This document shows positions 1-12,400 of a DNA stretch of 64,000 nt, piece after piece. This DNA is from Brachionichthys hirsutus (taxonomy: Eukaryota). The notes under the pieces are model-generated. The model had not been told where the DNA came from. It made no database searches and saw only the letters and a program-made list of their open reading frames with translations. A program made the position numbers and the translations under genes. Within the stretch, counting starts at the first letter, position 1. Every line of letters begins with the position of its first letter. Where the stretch lies: contig NC_090911.1 of the NCBI RefSeq assembly GCF_040956055.1, forward strand, positions 1,524,830 to 1,588,829, in the 5' to 3' direction.

Positions 1-3000
1 GAAACACACATAGTTCAGAGGAGCTGTGGGCTTACAGTGAATGTCGGAGACTTCTCTCTTTTGCTCCGCTGAAATATTCCAGTAAAAAATGTCTGATTGT
101 TCTATGAACAAAAGCACAAATGAGGACGGCGTCACTTTACACACAGGATGACATCAGCGCTGGCTGGAGGTTAGCAGAAGAATCTCACTGTGTGTGTTTG
201 TGTACCTGTGTGTCCTCAGCTCGCACCCTGTGGCGTTGGCTGTATCTAGTAGCGTTCAGCTCCTGCATGCACACAAACACACACAGGAACAAACACGTAA
301 AACCTTGAATACAGTATCTCAGTGAATATTTTGTGTTATGCCTTCTCACACTAAAATGCTGCCGATTCACCGGACAGATCAACCCTAAACTAAATGGTAT
401 TTCCCTTGAGAATGAGTGTTAGTTACTGCACTCTGCTGGGGCACTGAAGTACTCGAGTACCGCACCCTTTCTGTGTGGAACCAGAGCAGTCAGAAAAGAT
501 GAAGCTGATAAAACCCTCGTGAAAACGGTGTCAGAGTATTTGAGCAGCGCTAACACAATCTGCAGTTTGAGCGCTGACATTGTGTCCGCGTGCTCCGGTT
601 ACAATGGAGGACATGCAATGTCAAGTCGATGCAATGGATGCATGTTTGTTACTAAACACAGTTTTCACATGTATTGGTTTTTATTGCATTGGCCTCCGTT
701 GGAATGGGAAGCGGAATGCCGAGGAGGAAACGTGTCCGTCTGTCTGTTAGAGGTTTCTAGAAAGGCTGAACCGGATCTTCTCGCCCACTGCAGGTCACAA
801 CTCGCTTCAGACCGCGTCCATCAAGCTGTCCGCCGCCACTGCAGACGGGAACGGGCCGAGAGATCATCCTTGATGTAATCAAAGGGAGCAGCTAGGAGTC
901 GCCTTGCTGGGGGGCGGGGGTTGTTCTCTGAATTATGTGTAGGTTATTATATTATTAATACTGTATAAGAGTAATAATAGACTGACTAAAAGGTAACAGT
1001 GTCAACTATTTTGTGTTTCTCCCCTGAGTCTGCTGAAAAATAAACTACTTGACCCCCAGAAAACATGAATCCGGTCATTCAGAGCGTGGAAATGGACAAA
1101 ACGGTGTCCTGTACTCTTTGTAAAATGAAAATATAACTACTCAATCACTGTTTTGGTGAACCGAAGATATTACGCAATGCCTCCAGCGTCATTGTTTGTG
1201 TGCCTGAATGCCTGTCGGGTGGGTGGGGTGTTTAGAGATATCGCTTTGGCCTCTCTAAGACTTATTGCTCAACATGCCAAGTCCAGCACGACACAGACGC
1301 TAACAAACTTAAAGTACTACGTCACAGTTCTCTTTTCTCCACCAGGCCCATTCGATAAAATTCAGTCATTCCCTCTGTTCAGACCAAAACAAAAATGTGT
1401 TGGTTTCTTTCTTGATATGTGCAGAGAGAACATAATTTACAGTTAGTACTTCATCATTTCTGGCTGCTGTGTGTGTGTGTGTGTGTGCGTGTGTGTGTTT
1501 TTGTGTGTGAGACTTAGTTCCTAAACAGAAAACACAATTCTGTTGCTTGTTTTTTTATTTTTTTTTAGCTCTCCTTTTTTCTTCAGCAACTATATGCTGA
1601 ATTAAGAGAGAGAAACTTCTTCTTTCCATTTCTTACTTCTTGTTTTTTTTAACAGCTGGTTGAATCAGTTTTCAGATGTCAGCAAATATAGATATTCTAA
1701 TACTGATACCGAGTACTATACTAGGTTTCCCATTTTCACAGACTGGAAACTTCTGCGTCCTAATTTATTTGAACTGCTGCCTGTTCTTAACCTCTGGGAT
1801 GGATTCATTCAACCTAAAGCGAAACGCTGCTGCTCCACGAAGGATCACTTACAGCATCTGTAGGTCGTGAAGGCGCCGGAGGAGTCGGCCTCTCGGGATC
1901 GTTTCTTTTCATCTGCAAGGAGTATTCAGCATTACAAAAGGCTCCAGTCATAAAAACCTAAAATACTCTCTACACTTCAGTAAACCATCTCAGTAAAGTT
2001 GCCACAGAGCTAATTATAGATTTATTCAGTACCTCTGGAGGCTTTGGAGGAGGTTTAGGCTGTAAACAGAGACGAACATATTAGTACTGCATACATGAAA
2101 CAGTAGTATCGTTTTTCTCTGCTTTACCCACAACGTCTTGTGTATTCTCTGTAACTCTGCTTACCGGCCTTGGTCTCTTTTTGACTTCTGGCCTCATCAT
2201 CCCTGCCTCCATTTTGCCTGAAACGAGATCATCACATCTTCACACTTGCTCATTTCTCCATCCAACAGTCCAAAACACACAAACTCCATTATAATAAGTG
2301 CCCCCCAAAAAAGCAGCAAATCCTCATAAGAAAGCATTTTTTTTGAGGGGGGGGGGGGGCTGAAATAATTAATTACTTATGAAAATAAAATGATGAGAAA
2401 GCAACAATATTCTCTTTTGTATTCAGATAGATTTGAGATAAAATCTGAATTCTATGCTACGAGATTAAAATGTTTCTGCTGCAGGTGTGTATTTGTTAAT
2501 AGGATAAATTATGCTGTAAATACAACAAAGAAAAATAATACTACGGTATGTAAATACATGTCACGTGTAAGTACACTTTAAACGTATACTGTACGATATT
2601 CTCGCCATTGTCAGATTAACAAACATCCAGCCTCTTTGATCTTCTTTTCAACGCCTTCATTCACTTGGTTGCAATGTGCCAACAAAACTCAATGAACTAC
2701 GTAATCATTCTGATTCCTTACTTGAATTAAAAAAGAAACAACTCCAGATTCAAGATCATTAGCTGATCAATCAATCAATCAGTCAAAAAAATTAATGAAT
2801 TTCATTATTATGTTCTTAAAGGAGATTGTTTCAAGCCGTGTTTGTTGTTGGAATGTTTAGATGTAAAACTGATTTCCATGGAACTCAGCCAGAATCGACT
2901 TCCATTTGTGTGCAGATTAGGATAAATGTGTTGTTTTTGTGAACATTCCTAGATCATTTCAATATTTTCTTTCATTTCTCATAGAATAATGGACCATGAT

Positions 3001-6000
3001 TACAAAAGAATTAGGTGTACATGAGTGTGACTGATTAATTTAGGACAAAGCTTAATTGAATTAAAGGAGCGTTGACAAGGAATGAGGTCATTTATTTCAA
3101 GTTTGCGTTCCTAGAAGCCAAACTAACAAAAGATTTTTAGATCATAAATATAAACACACAATACAATTGTTTAAAAAGGTTCTAGTCTCCCATAAAAGTA
3201 AAACATTTAAATTAAATAAATTAAATTCAAAGCCCTATCAGGCTTATCAAAAATCAGAGTAGACCTGTAACAATAATTTAATGTTACTACAGGTAACAAT
3301 CCATCATTTAATTGGCCAGATCTATGAATTATACCGGAGACATTATAGAACATTTTGAAAAATATGACATGAAAGAAAGTGAAGATTAAAAAAAATAATA
3401 TTTTGTAATTTTGTAATAAAATTAATTATTCAAACAGGGAACTAAATAAATAATGTGCTGTAACACAAACAAAACAGGTAAAACAGCTGCATCTATTCAA
3501 AAGTGACTGAGCAGCAACCCAGAATATTTATGTATATTAGGTTCTGTGTAAAGTACTTCTGCGCTAGAAGTACAATAAAAAATAAAATAAAGCTCCAGAG
3601 GAGTAAATCCCTCATTAACTTCTGTCACTTTGTGTTTGACCGGTTTAGAGAAGCGCCACATCTTCGCTAGCGAATCGATGAAAGTTTAAAATACACTCGG
3701 ATATAAACAACTATCATCTAAAACTGAACAACTCGATCAACCGTGACGTCATCCTGTCACCTACCGAATACCTGAAGACTGTTCAGGGACACAGTACTTC
3801 ACATTGGGTCGGAACCGACCAACAAACAGCTGCTCAGGCTGGGTCGACGTCATCCCCGCAGAATTTAAACTTCACCGCAGCTGCACCCGCGGTGCGTTCA
3901 CGAGCTCCCGCAAAACCCCGAAATCACAGCTTCGCTACTCCAGCGGGTTTTCGTTTGTTATTGTTGTACACGCGGCACAATTAATTTTTTTTATGTTCAT
4001 TACGTATATCACATGACATGTTAGATACATTTGATAAATCAGCGTGGCTTTACAATCGTGAAAGAAACTTTTGTAAAAATATATGTTTACATTATTTAAA
4101 ATGTTTATTTTAGAGTTAAACAATAAAGAAATATTGATATACACACACAATCGATTCGGCTTCCAGTCTCCATCAACATATCTCAATCACTAATCAACAC
4201 TCAAAGATATTCTGCCCACCTGTGACGTAAGTTTCATATTTCAAGTTGCAGTATTTACCTTTACATTCGGTAACTAAAATATTTCACCCAAAGACAACAC
4301 GAGTTACAGGTCTAACAAAGCATCTCGATCAACACGCCATACCTGTGTTACACCCCCCCCCCCCCCCCCCCCCCCACAGTGAAATCCTCCGCTGTGGAAT
4401 CAGGTGGATTCATGTACACCAAAAGACCCGTCATCAAAAGCCCCTCTCAGACTGATTTCAAAGAGGACAGGTAGAAATGAACGACAAATATCTCACCTGC
4501 TTTTTCTTTTTTTTGCAGTAGGAGCGGATGCGAGGCTCCTTCTTAGCTTTGAGGTGGCTGTGGACTCACCTGGGAATGGGGCGGGGCAGCTCAAGTCTAC
4601 CTGACACCGTGGGAGGGACAGAAACGCGTTTCCCAGTGTGACACTGACTCAACAGTTTCACGAGCATCAGCAGAAGCTACATAGAAACCGACACAGAAAA
4701 GGTTTGGCCATCTTGCATCTTATTGTGAACTCACAGCCAAGAGCTGAAGTGGAAAAGAATCGAACCCTTGATTTGACCCACATCATCAGTTTTTATTAAA
4801 TTTAGCTGGTGGATTGTATATATGGTATATAAATAATGTACATTTTACCTCTCTAAATGATCACCAGACACAGACCAGCACTAAATACAAACTAAAGTTC
4901 CATGGATCATTCCAAATATTCCAGTTTAAAATATGGAATATATTGGAATTATACTCATGGGAGACTGATATCAATACTGCTGCAGCTGTTGATTAGGTTT
5001 TATGTCATATGTAGGAAGAAATGGGAAACATTTGACATAGAAACACATTTCTGTCATCTCAATAGGGTTCTGACCATTAACGTTTATATAAAAGGTTATA
5101 TAAAATCAAACTAGAACTTAAATTGTGTCAAAATCCTTCAACATCTTCAGGTAGCAGCCTTCCATCTCAATTTGTCACAGACAAATATTTAATCTAACTC
5201 TAACTCTAACTCTGAAAACCACAAGCTATGTTTGTTTATCCAAGTACAACAGGAAATACCAGCTCGAATGATCAGACAGAAGGAAATACATTTCATAAAA
5301 AAGTTTAAACTGACAACTTGGTTCTGTTGTTTTAAATAATAAAGGTTGGATCTACTTTTCTGAAACATTTTGCACATGAAAATAATTATTGACTGAACAA
5401 ACAACAACTGCAACAAGATTGACAAATAAATACGAAGGTGCGTATGAATAAATTATGACTAAAATTATGAATGAGAATAAATGTTCTTTTTTAAAAACGT
5501 CACAATAAATGAACTTTAGTTTGTTTTTTTTGTGGACAAGCTGATGCATTCCTGTAAGTGTGAGATCCTATTGGCCCAGTCAAGAGCGTTTTACACCTGT
5601 AAAACATGTTCTCACACGAAAGAGGAAAATACAATGGACGAACCTGTCAGACTCCCGAACCCTGATTGTACCTTAATTTCTACCTCCATCAATGAGGTTA
5701 GGTTATGTTATGTATGTTTTTGTTTTTAGGTACAATTACATAACGGGGAACTTGAACTAGCTTAGCGGAGGTTCATGCTCCAGTAATTTACCATGACATA
5801 CTTATGACTGCTGTATTCATGAAAAACCAGTTACGTCAGGCATTCAAAAGTTAATGCCGACTGTTACACGTCAAAGTGCTCAATAAGTGGATGTTAACCC
5901 TCCCTGAAGATAAATATTTACCCCTATTGAGTATTAACTAGAGTAAATGTTGCTGACGGAACCATTCCAGGATCCAATAGGATCGAGTAACGACCAGTTC

Positions 6001-6551
6001 AGACTGAGACTGATCAGCCGACCACATCAAAATGTATTCCCTGCATCATCAAGGCACTGATCCATTAGAGTACAAAATCCTTATCGAGTCAGTGAATTCA
6101 TCTTTGTTTTTCAAACACAAGCAGTGCACTTGAAAAGTTCAATAACAGTCTAGAATTACTTGGAACATTTTCCTTTTATTAAGTTAAACTGCATAAAATC
6201 AAATACATGAATGAGATAAATCTCTGAATCGCATTTTCTTGATAGACATGTCAGTTTTTATTTTAATAGGTCTGAGAAGCGTAATCGAGAAGAGCACGGG
6301 TCGTCACTGTCGTGTAAAAGCGCTTTGGACTCCAGAAGCCCGTCTCTTCAGGAAACAGTTCATTTTCACCACTTGAGTCTCCAGACTGAAGTTTGCCATT
6401 TTAAGAAACTGGAAATGCAAACAATGCAGATGCTCGTGTATTGATCCAGCACATAAAAAAACCAACTTAAATGTTACGTAGGGGAACTAGTGATGATTGA
6501 AGCTCCCCGATGAAGCCACAGTTCAAAGACGTCGCCGTGTTTACGTTTCTG

Positions 6552-7506
6552 TCAATCATAATCTCGCCTCTCAATGTCTTCTTTGATGGCTTTTTTAATG
6601 CGGTCAATTTCGTCTTCCTCTGAACTGTCATATTTGTGATCTTTCCCTTTCTCGTCACCGCCCAAGGCAGCCGACTGGTTGGCGCCGCTTTCTGGCGAGG
6701 TGGCCTGCAGCTCCTCTCGGATGGCGTTGAGCTCCACCAGACCATCGTGCAGCTGTGTGGCCACCTCCCGGATTTTGGCTGCAAACTCAGACTTGGCCCC
6801 TTTCTTGAGTTCCTTCGAGTCTTTGGCCACAAAGTAGATGTCCATACCCACGAAAAGCCCAGTAAGAACGCCAGTAGCCATACTGGCAATCTGGACCGCT
6901 CTGGCTGCTGTGCTGCCGGCCACATTGGCGATCTGTACCACGCGCATGATCTCGTTAGCGTTGATGAGGATCGCCTTCCCTGCCATGGCGCCGTCCTCGT
7001 AGAAGCTGCTGCTGAGCACAGGGAAGTCTCGGTTGTAGGCGTGCTTTTTCATCTTGATCAGGTCGAACCTCTTCAGGTTCTCGATACCCTGCTTGATGAA
7101 TTTCAGGCACTTGTTGAGGTCCTCCATCTTCTCCTGATAGTCCTTAACAATCTTCTCTACCTTTTTGCGGTCCATAGAATTGTTGACCTGGTTGGAGATG
7201 CCGGCCCCAGCCGACGTCAGCCCACCCGCCGCGGCAACACCCAATCCCACCGCTGTCACAATAAGGGACGTTCCGAAGGTGACTGGTGCCAGAGCGAGGC
7301 CCGCGATGGTAGCCACGCCCCCAATGGCGCTGGTGGAGCCGCCAGTAATTTGAGCGATCTTTGTGTTTTTGTTGAACTTGTCCAGTCCGTCTGCGATGCC
7401 GTTCAGGTCTATGACATGCTGCCAGAGGCTCTCGGCGCGTTCTGAGAACAGCTTGTTGAAGACGCGGATGCCCTTTTGCACCTTCTCTGCCGTCACAGCG
7501 AATGCT
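6552..7506 (-). CDS. Apolipoprotein L-like, terminal coding exon including the stop at 6552-6554
   Basis: The translation AFAVTAEKVQKGIRVF...ITGGSTSAIGGVATIAGLALAPVTFGTSLIVTAVGLGVAAAGG...MDRKKVEKIVKDYQEKMEDLNK matches the APOL membrane-addressing/pore region (compare human APOL1 LAPFTEGGSLVL). A polypyrimidine tract and cag acceptor sit at about 7507. A tttatt polyA signal lies near 6255 on the minus strand. Confidence 0.8.
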
Positions 7507-7735
7507 CTGAGAGGAAGCAAAAGAATTAGCTCAAGTTTGCACGAGTCCGTCTCATACAAATGTTCCTGTGATATCCAAATTCCTGTCCAGTAACATATAT
7601 GGAATATGTCTTCATTTCTACAATGCAAACTGCTTAGCAAATCTGGACATCTTAACATTGAAGCTACATTTGCTAAATATGGGGGGGGGGGGGGGGGAAA
7701 GACCTATTTGAACCTTCACTTACTTTGCCTCTTCT

Positions 7736-7787
7736 TTTTCAGTCATGTCATCCTCTTGAGGCGTGTCTTCCCATGCTGAGAAAGTAG
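7736..7787 (-). CDS. Apolipoprotein L-like internal exon (..SWEDTPQEDDMTEKEEAK)
   Basis: It has a cag acceptor and a GTAAGT donor. Its phase (2 nt in, 2 nt out) is compatible with both flanking exons. Confidence 0.6.
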
Positions 7788-8465
7788 TGAGGAATGATAC
7801 TTAAGATGAGATGAACTAGTCCATTTGTTCAGCTTACTTACAATTAGGAAGAAGGCTTGAACATTAAGGATATCCAAAAGCAATAATATTTCCACCACAT
7901 TTCAGATCCAGGCAGAAGGGATTTATTCCCATCGGCTTTTCCGAATGGGAAAATGTGTAAAAGAGAAGAAGCTCTAAGGAACATTAATCTGAAAATGTAC
8001 TCTACATCCAAGAATATGGAGCATTCTGACTCAACAGAGCATTAATATAACTACTGAAACCACAGCTGTCCATGTATAGAAGTAGAGTCTTTAGTCCCTA
8101 GAAAGGCCCGACACTAATGTTGGGATGAAATATCCCGACTTGCAGAATTTGTGCAGCTGATCATTTAGATCATTTCTTTGTTAAGCCGTGCAACACTGAA
8201 CTCAGAAAATCATTTCTTATTGGACCCGGCTTGGTGCTGCAATGCTAATGTAGCAGTGCCAGAACTGAGCCCACGTTAAGTGTTGTCCCAAAACCGTTGA
8301 CATAAAATCTTTGGATCACGGTTGTCTAAAATGTATGAAGCAGTGATAATATCTGTTTGATTAGAACCTCGGAACACAAGCTCTACGCAGTCTCAGGACA
8401 GGGATGCAAACTAATATTTAGAGATTAAGCTGCTCAAAGAACCAAAAAAAACTGTTGTAACTTAC

Positions 8466-8505
8466 ACTCCACTGAGTTCCACCAATCCATAAGACGTTCC
8501 GCATC
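8466..8505 (-). CDS. Apolipoprotein L-like internal exon (DAERLMDWWNSVE)
   Basis: A tttcag acceptor and a GTAAGT donor flank it. The phase-1 exit matches the next exon downstream. Confidence 0.5.
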
Positions 8506-8623
8506 CTGAAAGATAGCATTAGATTACTATTTTTAGATGTGTATGGGTCGCGTTTCTTTAATAGCATGGCATCAGAATATCATGGAATGTGATATGGTGA
8601 CATGTCTTGCTCCAGAAACCAAC

Positions 8624-8701
8624 CTCTCCCTCCCCAGTCTGTGTTGGCCCGATACGGAAGTCCTCCAGCCGGTCAAACAGGGACCGGTTCCCACCTTCAT
8701 T
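8624..8701 (-). CDS. Apolipoprotein L-like internal exon (NEGGNRSLFDRLEDFRIGPTQTGEGE)
   Basis: It has a ttcctgcag acceptor and a GTTGGT donor. It is 78 nt and phase 0. Upstream coding exons and the start codon were not resolved. Confidence 0.5.
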
Positions 8702-9344
8702 CTGCAGGAACACAAATCGTACAGCTTAAAAGCAGACATGGATGCAGCTTCTTGCCTTTGTAGTTTACAGTAGTTCATGTGCGAGTCACTCAGGCAACAT
8801 GGCTGCCTTTATTTTCCTGTCGCTCTGAGCTCATTCAAGCGATCCCACGGATGTTCTGCACACGGAAAAGGACCGAGTTCTTTTCTCTTATTGTGGAAGT
8901 GTTGATCCAGCATGTCTGATATTATCATTTGTACTGACTTTCTAATGTTATCTTGTCACTAGCGGAACACGAAACGGTCCCAGTGTGAACGCAGCTTAAG
9001 TGGAAAACCACACATTTCAAATGTAAACTGAAATCATAGAGCCATGTCCTCGTTTTGGCCGTGTGTGCGTGCCGTAGACAGAGAGGAGGAAGTGGCTGTC
9101 GGAGGATTCGGCTTTTTGTTTTCTGAAAAGGGAAGCAGAAAAACAAGTTGGGGCACATTGCGGCCTAAACTAATCGTGTGCGCTCGGGGCATGCCCAAAC
9201 ACTTTGTGGTGGAGTACAGGTGTGTGTGTGTGTGGGGGGGGGGGGCAGTCAAGGATGGGTCAGGTGACTGAAACAAAGCCACAATATGAAAGGCGAATCT
9301 CGCCTTCTGGTGCACAGACACCGACACCAGAACGCACTTTAACT

Positions 9345-9470
9345 TCAGCAAAGTTCAACTGTGAGAGGACCGAGGAAGAGTAAGAGAGTGCCTGATGAGG
9401 GTTGAATCTTCTCTACCTCTGCCGTGTTGCCTTCATCCTCGTCTTGTGCATTTTTCTGGGCAATTTTGGC
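9345..9470 (-). CDS. Unassigned gene, putative terminal exon (AKIAQKNAQDEDEGNTAEVEKIQ... then stop). The phase is uncertain
   Basis: There is an acceptor at 9471-9473. There is no further donor before the in-frame TGA at 9345-9347. Confidence 0.35.
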   Translation of the reverse strand, partial: AKIAQKNAQDEDEGNTAEVEKIQPSSGTLLLFLGPLTVELC

Positions 9471-12400
9471 CTGGAAATCAGAAACACGACACAAAAAAAG
9501 GCAAGAATGAGAATGTGGCTGAAAGACTGAACATCAGATAGATCTAGTTTGCACAAGTCATGGGCGAACGCTACCTTGACCCGAGGCATGAACGGGTTGT
9601 ACCGCTTAGGTTTCTTGACTTTTACCTAAAAATAACAAAAATAATTAGGTTAAAATGAGCTCCTGGTGGTTTTCATTGTAACAATCAAGCAAAACACTGT
9701 TTCGACAATGTGCATGAAGGAAATGAACAGAAAGACCTCCTCTGCTTTGTCTTTGCCGTCCTCCTTCTTTTCCTCCTGGGATGCAGAATCCTCTTTGTCT
9801 CTCGGACCTTCGTCTTCGGACAGAGGCTGACGTGGGTGCCACAACGGAATAAACGATTGAACGCGTTAATGACCTAATTTAAACCTACGACGTACATAAA
9901 AGGTGAAGCACACATCAAATACCTTGGCTGCAGCTCGCTGTAAAAACGCATTATGGCTTTTGGGTTTCTTCACTTTGGTCTGTTACAGAAAGAACCGAAT
10001 GTTAGCAGACGTGAGAAACAGCAACAAGTTATGAGCACCAATAACTGGGAGGCATTTGATCATGTTCTCTAATTTTGATCATCTTATTCAAACATACATT
10101 TATTTATTTTTATTGTGCTTCAGAATATATTTAACTGATGCTCTATGCTTGTGTTTAAATAAATTCATAAAGGGCTATGCAGTGACCTTGAAGTGTAGGA
10201 ATTTCTAGTCTTCTCTCAAGATTCCGTCGCTGATGTACATTTCAATAGACTTTTTAATTATAATTACACATAAAGGAAGCACCATCGACTCAAACAGTGG
10301 CAGAGCTGTGTAAATACACACGCGTTAACTTTTATTTACTCCGTATTAGACACAGTTGTGTCATTATGAGCTCATCCTGTACGACCTTTAACCCCACGAC
10401 CTCACTGACCTGCTGGGGCTCGGTGTGGCTGGAACCACCAGCTTTGGGTATGTCTGATAACAGACATGATAACAAATATAACTAGGAGTAATGTCTCTTA
10501 ATTTGAAAGGGACACAGGAAGTTAGTTAAAACTTCCATTGTTAATGCTGAACAGACAGGTGTGTGTGTGTGTGTGTGTGTGGCACGCTGCTGCGGACACA
10601 TGTGTGTCTTTCATGAGTCTCACTGATCCGGCTCTGGAATGAATGAACTTCTAAGCAGGAAGCAGGAAGAAGAACAACATGTTACATCCACCGATCAGTG
10701 CGTTTGTTTTCCCCTCCTTGAAGCACATTTAGGCCGACACTGGGAAAGGAAACTGATGAAGGCATAAACTCACCGCGCTGCCTCCTGGCCGGTCGGCCTC
10801 GCCTCCCCTTTCAGTCTTGCAGGAATCCTCATTTTTGATGCCTTCGTCATCCGATTGGTTCTACAGCGAATTGGACGCATTAAATTTTAATTACAGGGCG
10901 GTGCTTTCCACATGCCTGACGTGTTGAAGCCAACGGTGAATATGCTGATCATTGAAGACACAGGCGTGTTCCTCTAATTTTAAAATAATCCGAAACCACT
11001 TTCATATCGTCTTTGAGGTCTCCTCCAGATGTTTGCAGACACGCAAGCAGCTGATGATCCTAATGCGTCCGCTGTGGGCCATCGCCTGCCTCACCCCAAC
11101 GTTCAGTGTCAGGGTACGCGCACCGGCGTACATCACAGATAAACTTGCTATGTTTATTTAACATTTCTGGGCCAAAGCATGCGCGGACCTCAGTCCGTAG
11201 TTTGTGTGCATGTCAGTACCTGATGGCAGCTCTTCTGCTTTTGCCAACCACGTTTTGCTTCCCTGTTGAGTTCCTGAAAAGGAACCTTTAACCGCCTAGT
11301 TAATAAGCTGTCAGTGAAGTAGATGGATACGCCTCATCTCTGAGACACAGACAGATATTATTCTCTAAACAATGAACGACTAATTCAGCTCCTCTGACAG
11401 TCTGCCAGGCATTACTGTTGGTTCTGCCGTTTCCTCATAATCATGGGAGAAAACAAAGCATGCCTTACGACCCATCTAACATGATGGCATAGAGACGCTC
11501 TTCTATTTGCATGAGATGCAACACTTTCTTCTTGTTGACGGAAAAATGACATTTAACTAACGCAACTCGTGCACTGACAGATTCCATCTCACACGTTCAA
11601 ATTCTCATTTAGCAGAAAGATTCAGCCAACAAACACATCACAAAGATTACCTGCTTATCTTCAGCCCCTCCTGGTTCCACTCTGCTGCATGTGGACGTCC
11701 CTTTCGTCTCCTGTGGATAGATCACAGCTGTAACAAGGCAGCGCAACAGGCAGCAAAGGAGCGCCAGCACAAACCTCTTCCGTTGGTCGGGAGGGGAGCT
11801 GCGGGCTTTCACTTCGCCCCTTCCTCTCTCGCTGGATCATCTTGCCTTTGACCTGACGAGATACCGGGGGAAGCACAGAGTCAGCCACTGAGGGGGAAGC
11901 AGGAGGCTCTGACGAAGAACAAGCTGGATTTAAAAGGGCAGGCAACAGGAAGGAGGATGCGGCGAAGGCAAGGAAGAGGAGGAGTGTAAGGAGGAAGGGC
12001 GAATTAACAGAGATATTTAACAAAGTTGATCAGCTGTGCGTGTGCGTGTGCGTGTGCGTGTGCGTGTGCGTGTGCGTGTGCGTGTGCGTGTGCGTGTGCG
12101 TGTGCGTGTGTGTGTGTGTGTGCGTGTGTGTGTGTGCGTGTGTGGTCATTGATGACTCATGAGTGATGTGAAAACAGACTGACCACATTTGGCTTCTCCT
12201 CCACTGGCATTTCTGCTTTCTTGAGACTCTCAGGGTCTTTATGGTCTTTCTGAACATAGAATTCAAAATGTCAGCAATGAAACCAGATCAAGCAGAACCA
12301 GACTCATAACTTCAGGAGCAGCGTATTACGGTCTTATTAACAATCTACTTTACGGCCCTGAACTACATCTTTAAGGTTCTTGACTAAAACACCTCTTAGA

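Noticed and set aside
6636-7445. A 269-aa plus-strand ORF antisense to the APOL-like terminal exon.
   Set aside because: It is the complementary strand of a genuine coding exon, with an Ala/Gly-rich mirror frame. It has no independent support, and the sense strand has clear APOL homology and splice sites.
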